In this document: in pieces, positions 9,578 through 19,281 of the stretch
Layout: every line of letters starts with the position of its first letter
Numbering within the stretch: the first letter of the stretch is position 1
Assembly (NCBI GenBank): GCA_963783955.1
Contig: CAWAPN010000010.1
Location: forward strand, 13,779 to 77,778
Reading direction: 5' to 3'
Origin: Candidatus Acidiferrales bacterium
GTDB lineage: Bacteria; Acidobacteriota; Terriglobia; Acidiferrales; UBA7541
Length of the DNA stretch: 64,000 bases
Notes under the pieces: generated by a model
The model's input: only the letters and a program-made list of their open reading frames with translations
The model's database searches: none
Told to the model about the DNA's origin: nothing
Program-made: the position numbers and the translations under genes

Positions 9578-12211
9578 ATGCAGCGCGTGCCTCCAAGTTT
9601 TGGGCCCAATCGCTCCCCCGGTCCGCGGCGCAGCTTTTGCACCGCACAGTGCCTTAAACTCCTGGCTGTTTTCGCCTTACCTCTTGTCCTTTTAAATTCG
9701 TCGGGATGTGCGGGCGGATTTCAAGGTCATAAGCCCGTGGCCCCCTCGATCACCCAGCCCGCGAGCATCACCGTCTCCCTTGGCCAGACCGGAACATTCA
9801 GTGTCACCGCTACGGGAAGCGGCCCCATGACTTACCAGTGGTACATGAATGGGACACCCATCAGCGGCGCTACTTCGAGCACCTACACCACTCCGGCCAC
9901 CGTCGCGGGCGACAACGGTTCGCAATTTACCGTCACGGTCTCGAACTCTGCCGGCTCCGCCACCGGCGGGCCCGCAACTCTCACGGTTCTACTTCCTCCT
10001 CCGCTCGCCAAAACAATCGTTCCTAGTTCCGCGACGCCTCCTTATAACTCCTCGGTGAAGCTGTTTCCCACTTTTTCCGGCGGCACAGCGGTTATTGGTT
10101 CGCATGGCGTAGGAAGCTCGGACATCAGCACCTCTGCAGTAAGCGGCGCGTCGTACCCAACGCCACCGCTGACATCGGCCACAATCTATACGCTGACGGT
10201 CACCAATTTAAAAGGCGCTGTGGTTTCCACCACCTGCCTGGTCACGCCGACGCCCGTCCAGCTGACGCCGATTTCGCCGGCCAGTCAGACCGCCGCTCCG
10301 GCTGCAATCGCCTTTGTCGCCACCGCCAGCGGCGGCGCGACTGACGCGATCACGTGGACCGCAAGTGCGGGCACTTTCAACGGAAACGTATGGACTCCTC
10401 CGAACGTTGCCGGGACTTACACCATCACCGCAACCAGCGTCGATGAGCCGTCTGTTTCTGTGTCCACGACAGTCACCCTCAGCGCTCCTGTAATCCTGAC
10501 TCAGCCCGTCGGCCAGCACCTTTGCACCGGAAGCGCCCTATCGCTCTCTGTGATTGCCTCTTACGCTTCGAGCTATCAGTGGAATCTGAACTCAGCGCCG
10601 ATTCCGGGCGCGACAAGTTCGAGTTACACCGTGCCTTCCGCGCAATCTGCGAATGCCGGAAATTATTCGGTCACCGTGACCAACGGGCTCGGGAGTGTGA
10701 CCTCAACTCTTGCTGCCATCACAGTAGGGACAACGGCCATTCTTTCGAATCCCGCGAGTATTTCTCTGATACCGACACAGATAGGTCTATTCTCGGCTTC
10801 CGGCCAGGGTGTGGGGTCGGTTTCCTACCAGTGGTATCAGATTCCATCGGGCGGCACGACAGGCGTGGCGCTTTCCGGTGCGACGTCCAGCAACTACGCC
10901 ACGCCGCCTGTAGACATGACCTACAATGGCGATCAGTATTACGCCACTGTCACGGACTCCTGCGGCACCCTGACCAGCATGAACGCGACACTCACCGTTA
11001 GCGCCGGTAACGCCCCACCAACGATTCTCACGCAGCCGGTCGGTCAGACGGTCGCTCCCGGCGGCACACCCTCCTTCACTGTGGTGGCCTCGGGCACGCC
11101 AACCCTTTCCTACCAGTGGTACCGAATTCCCGCCGGGCAGACTACTGGAACCGCGATCGCTGGCGCTACTTCCGCCACCTATACAGTTCCTTCCACGGCT
11201 ACCACAACCGCGAACGACCAGGACTCTTACTACGTCGTCGTAACCAATAGCTACGGACAAGCCACTTCGCAACCTGCTTCACTGGCGGTTGGCAGCGGAA
11301 TCCAGATCACCCAGCAACCCGTCACGCAATATGTCGACGTAGGTGCGTCCGCCACATATCAAGTCACTGCGACCTCCTCCCTGCCGTTGACCTACCAGTG
11401 GTACCGGGCCGCCCCCGGTTCTTCCACATTCGCGGCGATTTCAGGAGCGACCAATTCGACATACACCGTGCCCTCGGCCAGCAGTGCGGACAATGGCTCA
11501 GTTCTTTACGTCGTGGTGAGCAATGGAGTCACTTCGTCGGTTACCAGCAACTCCGCAGGACTCTTCGTTGGCGCGCTCTCCGGCGTTCCCAATCTCTGCA
11601 ACAGCAACTGGTCTGCCCTGGGCGATGCCGTCGCTCAACCGTCGTGCGCGTACCAACTGACCACCGCCACCAACGACCAGCATGGCGAGATGGTCTGGCC
11701 CACCCTGATTTCCACCGGTGACATAGAAATCAGTTTCAGCGTCACTTTCAGCAATCCGAGCGCTCTTCCAGCGGATGGCTTTACCGTGCTTCTAGCCGAT
11801 CCATCCCTGGGCGCCACACCGACCAGTTCGGGTGCCGTCGGAATGGGTTTGGGCGCAATGGGCATTCCCGGGCTGCTCTTCGAGCTGGACACCTATCACA
11901 ATGGCGGAGAACCACCGGTGCCCTACATCGGCGTAACCCGAGGCGAATCCGCGCTCTTCGAGAAGCCCTACTTTAACGTTAACACCAACATTCCGGCCGT
12001 TGTCTCCAGCTCAATGTCCATCACGCACAGCTACACCTATTCGCTCGTGCAAGGGCAGATGAGCGTAACCATGGATGGCAACCAACTCTTCTCGGGTACG
12101 GTTACGCCTCCACCGGTGGCTTATCTTTTTATTACCGCTTCCACGGGTGGCTCCTACGAAGACACCGTCGTCAGCAACGTATCGGCGACGATTTCGGCGC
12201 CGGCCAACTAA
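9578..12211 (+). CDS. Surface lipoprotein with tandem Ig-like modules and a C-terminal L-type (legume-like) lectin domain
   Basis: 877-aa ORF. Signal plus lipobox-like LLNSSGC. Five modules of the type (S/T)YQW(Y/N)...G(A)TSS(T/S)YT(V/T)P...V(T/V)V(S/T)N. The C-terminal 200 aa (GEMVWPTLISTGDIEISFSVTF...ADGFTVLLADPS...GLLFELDTYHNGGEP) look like an L-type lectin beta-sandwich. Confidence 0.8.
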   Translation: MQRVPPSFGPNRSPGPRRSFCTAQCLKLLAVFALPLVLLNSSGCAGGFQGHKPVAPSITQPASITVSLGQTGTFSVTATGSGPMTYQWYMNGTPISGATSSTYTTPATVAGDNGSQFTVTVSNSAGSATGGPATLTVLLPPPLAKTIVPSSATPPYNSSVKLFPTFSGGTAVIGSHGVGSSDISTSAVSGASYPTPPLTSATIYTLTVTNLKGAVVSTTCLVTPTPVQLTPISPASQTAAPAAIAFVATASGGATDAITWTASAGTFNGNVWTPPNVAGTYTITATSVDEPSVSVSTTVTLSAPVILTQPVGQHLCTGSALSLSVIASYASSYQWNLNSAPIPGATSSSYTVPSAQSANAGNYSVTVTNGLGSVTSTLAAITVGTTAILSNPASISLIPTQIGLFSASGQGVGSVSYQWYQIPSGGTTGVALSGATSSNYATPPVDMTYNGDQYYATVTDSCGTLTSMNATLTVSAGNAPPTILTQPVGQTVAPGGTPSFTVVASGTPTLSYQWYRIPAGQTTGTAIAGATSATYTVPSTATTTANDQDSYYVVVTNSYGQATSQPASLAVGSGIQITQQPVTQYVDVGASATYQVTATSSLPLTYQWYRAAPGSSTFAAISGATNSTYTVPSASSADNGSVLYVVVSNGVTSSVTSNSAGLFVGALSGVPNLCNSNWSALGDAVAQPSCAYQLTTATNDQHGEMVWPTLISTGDIEISFSVTFSNPSALPADGFTVLLADPSLGATPTSSGAVGMGLGAMGIPGLLFELDTYHNGGEPPVPYIGVTRGESALFEKPYFNVNTNIPAVVSSSMSITHSYTYSLVQGQMSVTMDGNQLFSGTVTPPPVAYLFITASTGGSYEDTVVSNVSATISAPAN
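9743..11572 (+). repeat. Intragenic array of five Ig-like YQW repeat modules (plus non-YQW Ig-like spacers)
   Basis: Repeated protein blocks: TYQWYMNGTPISGATSSTYT, SYQWNLNSAPIPGATSSSYT, SYQWYQIPSGG..GATSSNYA, SYQWYRIPAGQ..GATSATYT, TYQWYRAAPGS..GATNSTYT. Each ends in ...L(T/A/F)V. Confidence 0.7.
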
Positions 12212-12237
12212 TGCGAGCCGCTCAAGGAGAATTCGTA

Positions 12238-12804
12238 ATGCAATCCTTTCTACTTTCCGCTTTGTTGTTACTCGCAGGCGCATCGGCCGCTCATGCCCAG
12301 GCCTCGTACAGCGGCGACGTCGCGGCTACCTATCACTGGGTCAGGACAAATGCAGGTCCGGGAGATTGCGGCTGCTTTGGGCTGAATGGCGGAGGACTTT
12401 CCGGCTCGTGGAATTTCCAGGGTCCATGGTCCGTCGTTGCGGACATCAGCGCCGAGCACACCGGCGGCGCGCCGATCGGCAGTTCTCTAACGCTCGCCTC
12501 ATTCTTGGCCGGCGCGCGCTACCAGGTTCCGCAACGCTGGATCGAGGGAAAGCATCAGCCACACCCCTTTGCCCAAATCCTGATAGGTTCAACTCATGCA
12601 GGCGGCGGGGTTGCCGGCGTAGCCGATGGATCCTTTCAATTCGCCACGCGCGTCGGCGGCGGCGTCGACGTACCACTCAATTCCCATTTTGCAGTGCGTG
12701 TCCTTCAGATCGACTATTACCTCACCACTTTCGCCAACTCCACGAACAACCACCAGAACAATTTCTTGGTGGGCGCCGGTATCGTCTACCACTGGTGGCG
12801 ATAG
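12238..12804 (+). CDS. Small outer-membrane beta-barrel protein (OmpW/porin-like)
   Basis: Signal peptide MQSFLLSALLLLAGASAAHA starting at the internal Met (12238). Alternating hydrophobic beta-strand pattern and an aromatic C-terminus. The ORF in the track starts at 12211, overlapping the lectin gene stop. Confidence 0.55.
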   Translation: MQSFLLSALLLLAGASAAHAQASYSGDVAATYHWVRTNAGPGDCGCFGLNGGGLSGSWNFQGPWSVVADISAEHTGGAPIGSSLTLASFLAGARYQVPQRWIEGKHQPHPFAQILIGSTHAGGGVAGVADGSFQFATRVGGGVDVPLNSHFAVRVLQIDYYLTTFANSTNNHQNNFLVGAGIVYHWWR

Positions 12805-12837
12805 AAACAACAAATTCGACCATAGCCTAGACTTAGA

Positions 12838-14253
12838 CTAGGGAGAAATCCTCTCGAGGGCGAGATCGCGCGTGGGAGGACCCAGAAATGCGATGGCCAG
12901 AATCGCAATGAACATCGCCACGGCAATGAACGCGAAGACGCCGGTCGTCCCAAATTTCTCGAGTATGCTAGCGATAAAAAATGATGTGAAGATCGCCGAA
13001 AAACGGCTCCAGGAATATACGAAGCCAACCGCTCTTGCCCGAATGCTCGTCGGGAAAAGTTCCGTCTGATAAGCGTGGTAGCTGTAGGACATAATGTTGT
13101 TCGCGAGCGTTAGGCCCACTCCCATCGTGATGAGAGAAATCCCACGGGCCATCTGACTGAACAACAATCCGCAGACCACAATCGCTGTCGCCGAGACTAG
13201 GATCACCGTTCGGCGCTCAAATCGGTCGGCTATCAATAGTCCGACTACAGGTCCAACCGGCGCCGCAATAGCGATAATCGATGAAAATAATAGGCTGTTC
13301 GTAATTGTGATGCCCTGTTTTATCAGTAGTGTCGGCACCCAGTTGGCGAAACCGTAGAATCCAACCGTCTGGAAAACGTTGAAGATGATCATCATTGTGG
13401 CGCGTTTCGCGTAGGGCGCCATCCGGATGTTGCTGAAGCCTCGCCCTGTAACCACAGGTTCGGGCGGAGCAGGAGCTCGAAGCGGACGGCCAGATTCTTT
13501 TTCGACCATCGACTCGATCTTCCGCAAAACGCGATCGGCTTCCGGGAGTCGCCCTTTCTGAGCGAGCCATCTGGGACTCTCGGGTAGTGCTCGCCGGACG
13601 AACCAGACGAAGACCGCGCCGTGTGCGCCAATGATCACAATCCAACGCCAGCCATCGACCCCGAGCGGCCGGTGCGGCACAAGAAGGTACGACAGGAACG
13701 CGACGATCGGAACAGACAGGAATCCCACCGCTTGCTCGCAAGCAAAGGCACGTCCGCGAATCTGTTTCGGCACGAGTTCGGAGATGTACGCGTTGATGGT
13801 GACCACCTCTACGCCTATGCCTAGCCCCGCCATGAAGCGCCAAAAGTTCAAACCTGCGGCTGTGGACTGAAATGCCACGATCCCATTCGCGACCGTGTAG
13901 AACAATAGAGAGTAGGTAAAGATCGTTCGCCGGCCGAAACGATCTGCGAGAAAGCCGCAGCAAATCGTCCCAAGAAAAAGTCCCAAGAATAACGCGGCGA
14001 TAAAACTCGCCACGCCGGTCATGCCGAACAAACCCTTCGTGGTAGTCGTAAGAATGCCGCTTCTGACAAGGCCAGGCGCGATATAACCGGAGTACAGCAG
14101 ATCGTACAATTCGAAGAACATACCGAGGCTCAGCAGCACGACGAACTTCCAGATCGTCCAGGTGGCCGGCAGGCGATCAAGTCTTGCGGAGATCGTGCCA
14201 GCCGACAGCGAACCTCCATTTGTAGCGACCTGCATGCCGTCGGAAGTCGCCAT
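12838..14253 (-). CDS. MFS transporter (sugar/metabolite:H+ symporter type)
   Basis: MFS motifs GFLADRFGRRT and LPESPRWL, with about 12 TM segments. Start taken at Met54 of the track ORF (MATSDGMQ...), 8 nt after the upstream gene stop. Confidence 0.85.
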   Translation of the reverse strand: MATSDGMQVATNGGSLSAGTISARLDRLPATWTIWKFVVLLSLGMFFELYDLLYSGYIAPGLVRSGILTTTTKGLFGMTGVASFIAALFLGLFLGTICCGFLADRFGRRTIFTYSLLFYTVANGIVAFQSTAAGLNFWRFMAGLGIGVEVVTINAYISELVPKQIRGRAFACEQAVGFLSVPIVAFLSYLLVPHRPLGVDGWRWIVIIGAHGAVFVWFVRRALPESPRWLAQKGRLPEADRVLRKIESMVEKESGRPLRAPAPPEPVVTGRGFSNIRMAPYAKRATMMIIFNVFQTVGFYGFANWVPTLLIKQGITITNSLLFSSIIAIAAPVGPVVGLLIADRFERRTVILVSATAIVVCGLLFSQMARGISLITMGVGLTLANNIMSYSYHAYQTELFPTSIRARAVGFVYSWSRFSAIFTSFFIASILEKFGTTGVFAFIAVAMFIAILAIAFLGPPTRDLALERISP

Positions 14254-14260
14254 CGTGGCC

Positions 14261-15787
14261 TTAAGGCAATGTAACGGCGGCGACCGAAAAACCGCGAAGC
14301 GTGAATTCATCGGCATCAAGTTTCGTGGTTGCCGGTATTTTGGATCCCGTAGTTGCGTCAACAAAACTGATCTGGCCGTTGCGGGCCCCTGGTATCGAGA
14401 CTTCCAGATCACGGTCGCGCTTGTTGACCAGCAGGACTCTTTTCTTGCCGGATTTTGTAAGAACCGCGAGGGTGTAGAGATACTCGGTGTTATGAGCGGA
14501 TTCGGCGAAAGGTGCCATGGCCACGAGTTTATCGCCGGGTGCGAAATTGTCTTTCAGCAGTTTCAAAACCCAGAAACGAGCGTTGGGTCGACCATCGTTC
14601 CAATCCACCATAGAAACGCTCGGGTATTGCGTGGGGTAGCCTACGAGTTGCGACTCGCCGGCAACCGCGATTCCCATTTCGGTCAAGTGGCCGAACAGGT
14701 ACGCAAATTCAGCTCCGGCAAGGTTCCAATAGTTACCCGGGATGGATTTTGTGATATGCCCCGGCGCGCTTTGGTTCCCGTCGTCTGCCGAGATGATCCC
14801 GATTTCATCGATCATTGTCTGGGTATTCGCAGAGAGCCGCTGTCGAATGGCTTCGACATAGCGAACGGTGCAGAGGAAACCGTCTGCGTGCGCGAAAACC
14901 GTATGTTGCTGGATTTCGAGAGTCTCGTCCGGGGTGGGAACCGCATAGAAGTGATACGAAACATAATCCAATGGCACTCCCGCGCGATGATTCTTCGGAT
15001 TCAGGAAGTACTCAAAGTAATCCGGACGCAGGCCGGGTAAGGCGAGGGCCGTGCCAATGAACTTCGTTCCTGGCTGTAACTTTTGCAGTTCGGTAACGAT
15101 TGCGTCGTACGCGTGCGTGTAGGTCTCCGGCGTCATCTCGTGTTCGAAATCAACTTCGTTGAGAACCTCCCAGAACGGGATCGAAAAGTGATAGCCGGAC
15201 TCATGAAACTTGCCGAGTTCGTCGGTGAAGCCGCCTTTGGTGTACCAGGAAAGAAGCCGGCCGTAATAGCTTGCGACCTCCTGAAAACTGGGATCGCGCA
15301 ATTCCTTGCCTTGTTGGTAGTTCCAGATGACCTGGTTTGGATCGTCGGGATAAGAAACTGGTTTTGCACTCTTGAACATCCATTGCGGAATGACGCTGAA
15401 GTTCACAGCGACGGGATGGCCTTTCGTGGCGTTCAGAAAGTCGATCGTTATCGGATCGATGAGTGAGAAATCCCAGAACGTTTCCTGACTGGTCGGCGGC
15501 TTCAGTTCGGCCACGCCCAGCCGTGGGTAGGGCAGCCAGGGAACGAAGCGAACGTAGTCCGCTCCGAGATCTTTTAGAGACTGAAAAGCGTTGTCGTGAA
15601 CCGGCGTTCCGCGGCGAAGCGGTGGATTCACAACAACCTGGAGAGTCGCGGTAGTGTGCGACGTCGACTCGGTCTTGTTCCAGTCGGGGGATATCGTGAG
15701 AGCGGCGTCTTGAGGACGGACGGGTGAAAACAAAACCAAAGAGAGAACTAAGATCCATAGGTATCGACCGAGGAGCATCTGACGCAT
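14261..15787 (-). CDS. Secreted clan GH-A (TIM-barrel) glycoside hydrolase, family uncertain (GH39-like)
   Basis: Start at MRQMLLGRYLWILVLSLVLFSPVRPQ (signal peptide). An acid/base-type NE motif in FWEVLNEVDFEHE. Operonic with the MFS and isomerase genes. Confidence 0.6.
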   Translation of the reverse strand: MRQMLLGRYLWILVLSLVLFSPVRPQDAALTISPDWNKTESTSHTTATLQVVVNPPLRRGTPVHDNAFQSLKDLGADYVRFVPWLPYPRLGVAELKPPTSQETFWDFSLIDPITIDFLNATKGHPVAVNFSVIPQWMFKSAKPVSYPDDPNQVIWNYQQGKELRDPSFQEVASYYGRLLSWYTKGGFTDELGKFHESGYHFSIPFWEVLNEVDFEHEMTPETYTHAYDAIVTELQKLQPGTKFIGTALALPGLRPDYFEYFLNPKNHRAGVPLDYVSYHFYAVPTPDETLEIQQHTVFAHADGFLCTVRYVEAIRQRLSANTQTMIDEIGIISADDGNQSAPGHITKSIPGNYWNLAGAEFAYLFGHLTEMGIAVAGESQLVGYPTQYPSVSMVDWNDGRPNARFWVLKLLKDNFAPGDKLVAMAPFAESAHNTEYLYTLAVLTKSGKKRVLLVNKRDRDLEVSIPGARNGQISFVDATTGSKIPATTKLDADEFTLRGFSVAAVTLP

Positions 15788-15825
15788 TCGTTCCTCCCGC
15801 AGCCCGACTGTTCTTCGGGCGCTAC

Positions 15826-17262
15826 TCAGCATATCTGGATAAACTCGACGCCGAGCAACAAAGCCAGTTTCTTCAGCTTCCCGGCAATGTGTCCCAAGCC
15901 AACGGCGCAGTGATGGGCGGGTCCGCGACTGTTCCATTCTGCAAGAAATCCTCTAACGCCCACAGAAAAACGGTACCGGCTGTTGGTGTTGCCGATTTCG
16001 AGAATTGCTCCGGGAACGGAGTCGCCGTGAGCGCACAAAAATTTCAGCTTTCCTTGAACCGTCTCTACCACGGAAAGCAGCGTCACAGGCCCATGCTGGA
16101 TCGACATCTCGATCGACAAGCCCTGTCCGGTCTTGCCGTGATATAGGCGCAACGGGCGCACCTTGGTCTTGCCTTGAGCGATGGCGATGTGGCCTGGGCC
16201 GTCGTGCCCCATCAGCAACACGTCGTCCTGATAATCTGCGGCGTAGTACTCGGTAAAAGAGCCGCCAGCACCAAACGAATCCATGATCTTCATGGCCTGA
16301 ACATTCTTGATTTCGTACTCGCCCGCAACCGGTATACCGCGGTTCGTCAAGAGGCTGGTGCCGAGGATGATAGAGTTGACCACATCCGCGTTCTCCGAAT
16401 TTTCTGTGCCTTGATAATAGTAGGCCAAAGCCCCCAAAGCATGCGCTTCAACCAGTTTGTCAAGCGCAACCGACGTGCGGGCTGAGCGTTCGATTTCCTC
16501 CGGACGACAGTCCGCTTGAATGTCAAAGTACTCCTGAAATTCTGCAATTCTCTGCTGCGTCGCTTGTGACGTTACCGAGCGGCGCAGAGCCGCCAACTCA
16601 TCGACTTCCAGCATTTCGACGTGTCCACCGAAGTGAGCGATGTGCCGGGTCAAGTCGGAGTAGACGTCGAGCATTCCCCCATAGTACTGACCCATCAGGC
16701 CCAGGCGATTGTGTTCCATCGAGTAAGCCACGCTCGCTGCTTCAACCCACTCGAGGATGTCACGCCACGCGCCAGGGTCGTTCTCAAGCGTGCCGGTTAC
16801 TTGGAAGAAAGGGATGCCGCACCTGGTAAAAACATTTGCAATTTCAGGGACTGGACAGGCGCCACAGTACGCCAACCATTCTTCGGTCATCTTCGTTCGG
16901 TCAGCCATTGCGTTAAAGGATTCGTAATCAATGGCGGGAGTCGGTGAAAGGTTCAAGATGACCACCGGAACCTTTGCTCGCCGCACCGCCGGCAGTACCG
17001 TTGAGGAAAGTGCGTATGTACTGACGTGCAGAAAGATGAGATCGACGTCTGCGCGGCGGAAGGCGTGGCCTGCTTCGAGAGCCTTCTCCGGAGTGTCGAC
17101 TAAACCCAAGTCAACGATCTGAGCGCCTGTCTCTGCAAGCCTTCGCGATATTCGTGCCGTGTAACCCAGCAATCGCTCGCGCAGGCCGGAAAACTGAGGC
17201 CAATACGCCTCAAGGCCGATGGCGAAAAGGCCAACCTTCAGTTGCTTGGTATTGGTTCCCAT
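15826..17262 (-). CDS. L-fucose/L-arabinose isomerase family protein
   Basis: 478-aa ORF. The N-terminus LKVGLFAIGLEAYWPQF...LGYTARI and the overall length match the arabinose/fucose isomerase-like family. Family call is by eye. Confidence 0.65.
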   Translation of the reverse strand: MGTNTKQLKVGLFAIGLEAYWPQFSGLRERLLGYTARISRRLAETGAQIVDLGLVDTPEKALEAGHAFRRADVDLIFLHVSTYALSSTVLPAVRRAKVPVVILNLSPTPAIDYESFNAMADRTKMTEEWLAYCGACPVPEIANVFTRCGIPFFQVTGTLENDPGAWRDILEWVEAASVAYSMEHNRLGLMGQYYGGMLDVYSDLTRHIAHFGGHVEMLEVDELAALRRSVTSQATQQRIAEFQEYFDIQADCRPEEIERSARTSVALDKLVEAHALGALAYYYQGTENSENADVVNSIILGTSLLTNRGIPVAGEYEIKNVQAMKIMDSFGAGGSFTEYYAADYQDDVLLMGHDGPGHIAIAQGKTKVRPLRLYHGKTGQGLSIEMSIQHGPVTLLSVVETVQGKLKFLCAHGDSVPGAILEIGNTNSRYRFSVGVRGFLAEWNSRGPAHHCAVGLGHIAGKLKKLALLLGVEFIQIC

Positions 17263-17302
17263 AGACTCTCGTCCGATCGTTTCGTCTTGCTCCTCGCAGC
17301 GC

Positions 17303-19048
17303 TCAGTAGTGCCACTGCGTTACATCTTCTTGCCCCGCGTTCTTTTCCACATGCTCCGCCATCCACTTCACCAGATTCGCCGTCGTGGTCGGCTGCCATC
17401 CGTGCCCCTTCATCGGCCGCCCATATGCAAACTCGCAATCGCACGCCGGATTCGTCAACTTCTTCATCTCCTCTTCCAGCTTGTACACCGCCAGATTCAA
17501 ATAAAAATTGTCCATGTCTCCTACGTACACATAGACCTTCCCGCGCAACTTCGGTCCGAGCGTCGCCCAATTCGTCCGGATGTTATAGCTCAAATCGTAT
17601 CCATGGTCGCGCATGTAATTTGCCACGTCGTGATCGATCTTGCCCGTGCTCTTATCCCACAGCGGTTTCGGATACCCATCCTCACCGAGCGGCCCAAACG
17701 TTGCTTCCCAAATCTCAATCTGCTCGCCCGACCGGTTGTGGCTGCCCAGCACCGCTTCCATTTCACTGAACTGCCGCACGGTAATCATCACCTGGCCTTG
17801 CGACGTGCGCATGATCGGCCGCGGCACCTGAAACCACGTGTGACCCGGTGCGAAAAACGCATTTTCATCCTCATATATATTTACCATCTGGTAACTTCGA
17901 AAGTCCACCTGATCCGGATACAGCGTCCACGTTCCTCCAAAAAAATCCGGATAAAATACCTGTGCTCCGAGCGCTTCCCATCCTCCTGTCGAGCCTCCCG
18001 TCAGCACTCGCGCATAGGTTTTTGCAATCATCCGGAAATGCGCCTCGAGATACGGAATCATCTCCCGCACCAGGGCATCCCCATAGGGCCCATTGTTCAC
18101 CGAATTTACCGCGTACGAATCGTCGTAGTACGGCGTGGGATGCTGAAACGTCACCGCGATCATGCGCGGAAAATTGTCCGACATCCACGCCCGCGAAAAC
18201 TCGTGTCCGGACTCACGATTCAAATCCGCCATTCGCGCGCGCTGCTCCTCTGGAATGGACGGGTCCTCGGTCGTGAATCCGAAGGGATTTCTCAAACTGA
18301 AATGACCCTGTTCATAAATCACCGGATAATGCGCATTTGGATGATCCTCATACCCCTTCGGCAGCAGCACGATCGCACCGATGTACATCGCGTGCCCCCA
18401 GAATTTCGTCAGCAGCTCACTCTGAATCTTCACGTGCTTTACAGACGCCGTGTCCTTCGGCTCTTCGATCGGCGGAATCACCTTCGTCAAACTCAGCTTC
18501 ACCTCGTAGCCCGCCGCCGCATCGAGATGCACCTTCTGCACTTCACTGTACAAATTACCCGGCGACCGGTTGAAGTGCTGCCCCTCCCACTGATCCATGT
18601 GCAGCCACACCGTGTGCCCATCCGCGCGATGAAACTCCGTGTAAATGTTCAGGATCGCCTGCACGTAATAATCGCCCGCCGGAATCTCCCGCAAACTGTG
18701 CACCGGCGCGCCGAACGTGTCGCCATCGATCACCACCGCCTGCCCCGCTTCGAGTGCATTCACGTCCACGCCATACAGCGGCCCCGAATCTCCCCAACTC
18801 CCCGCGACCATCCGCGGCTCCGGCTTATCCGTCTTCGTAATCACGACAAACGCGCGTCCGGTAATTGGTTCTGCATGCACACTCGCCGGAAACGACACCT
18901 CAAACCGAGTCAGCCCCGCCGCCACCGCCTGCGACCCGGCGTTGGCCACGCGCAACGGAGCGCCGCCCGCCACCACAAATATCGCCGTCCCCACAAGCAC
19001 CAAAACAATCGCCGCTCGCGCCTTCCTCCTCGACCCATTTCGAAGCAT
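17303..19048 (-). CDS. Secreted esterase-family alpha/beta hydrolase (enterochelin-esterase-like)
   Basis: Start at MLRNGSRRKARAAIVLVLVGTAIFVVAG (signal anchor). Nucleophile elbow GGSTGGWEALG (G-x-S-x-G). An N-terminal beta-sandwich-like region. Confidence 0.65.
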   Translation of the reverse strand: MLRNGSRRKARAAIVLVLVGTAIFVVAGGAPLRVANAGSQAVAAGLTRFEVSFPASVHAEPITGRAFVVITKTDKPEPRMVAGSWGDSGPLYGVDVNALEAGQAVVIDGDTFGAPVHSLREIPAGDYYVQAILNIYTEFHRADGHTVWLHMDQWEGQHFNRSPGNLYSEVQKVHLDAAAGYEVKLSLTKVIPPIEEPKDTASVKHVKIQSELLTKFWGHAMYIGAIVLLPKGYEDHPNAHYPVIYEQGHFSLRNPFGFTTEDPSIPEEQRARMADLNRESGHEFSRAWMSDNFPRMIAVTFQHPTPYYDDSYAVNSVNNGPYGDALVREMIPYLEAHFRMIAKTYARVLTGGSTGGWEALGAQVFYPDFFGGTWTLYPDQVDFRSYQMVNIYEDENAFFAPGHTWFQVPRPIMRTSQGQVMITVRQFSEMEAVLGSHNRSGEQIEIWEATFGPLGEDGYPKPLWDKSTGKIDHDVANYMRDHGYDLSYNIRTNWATLGPKLRGKVYVYVGDMDNFYLNLAVYKLEEEMKKLTNPACDCEFAYGRPMKGHGWQPTTTANLVKWMAEHVEKNAGQEDVTQWHY

Positions 19049-19225
19049 GCTGTTCTCCTCGACCGGTAAACCGCCGCGAATCTTGGCACACGCGCCGCGG
19101 TGTGTCCAGCGGTCACGCTCCGGCCGCGCAGCCTTGTCGCGGAAGATAGCGCACGAAGATAGGGGTCTCCGTACAGCGGTCAAAGGGGTTGCCCGCGGGT
19201 ACGAGGAACGATTGATGCTTGACAA

Positions 19226-19245
19226 AGTCAACTAACTAGTTGACT
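19226..19245. promoter_or_regulatory. 9-2-9 inverted repeat, candidate MarR operator in a divergent promoter region
   Basis: AGTCAACTA-ac-TAGTTGACT has perfect 9-bp arms. It is immediately preceded by TTGACA (19219-19224). It lies between the esterase operon and the MarR-GNAT gene. Confidence 0.5.
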
Positions 19246-19281
19246 CTGTCACTCATTCCGAAACGCCGGGAGGGCCGCCGC

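Noticed and set aside
17219-19069. 616-aa plus-strand ORF rich in His/Arg/Pro
   Set aside because: It is exactly antisense to the well-supported esterase gene. It has low-complexity, Arg/His/Pro-dominated composition typical of the mirror frame of GC-rich coding DNA, with no motif and no Shine-Dalgarno.
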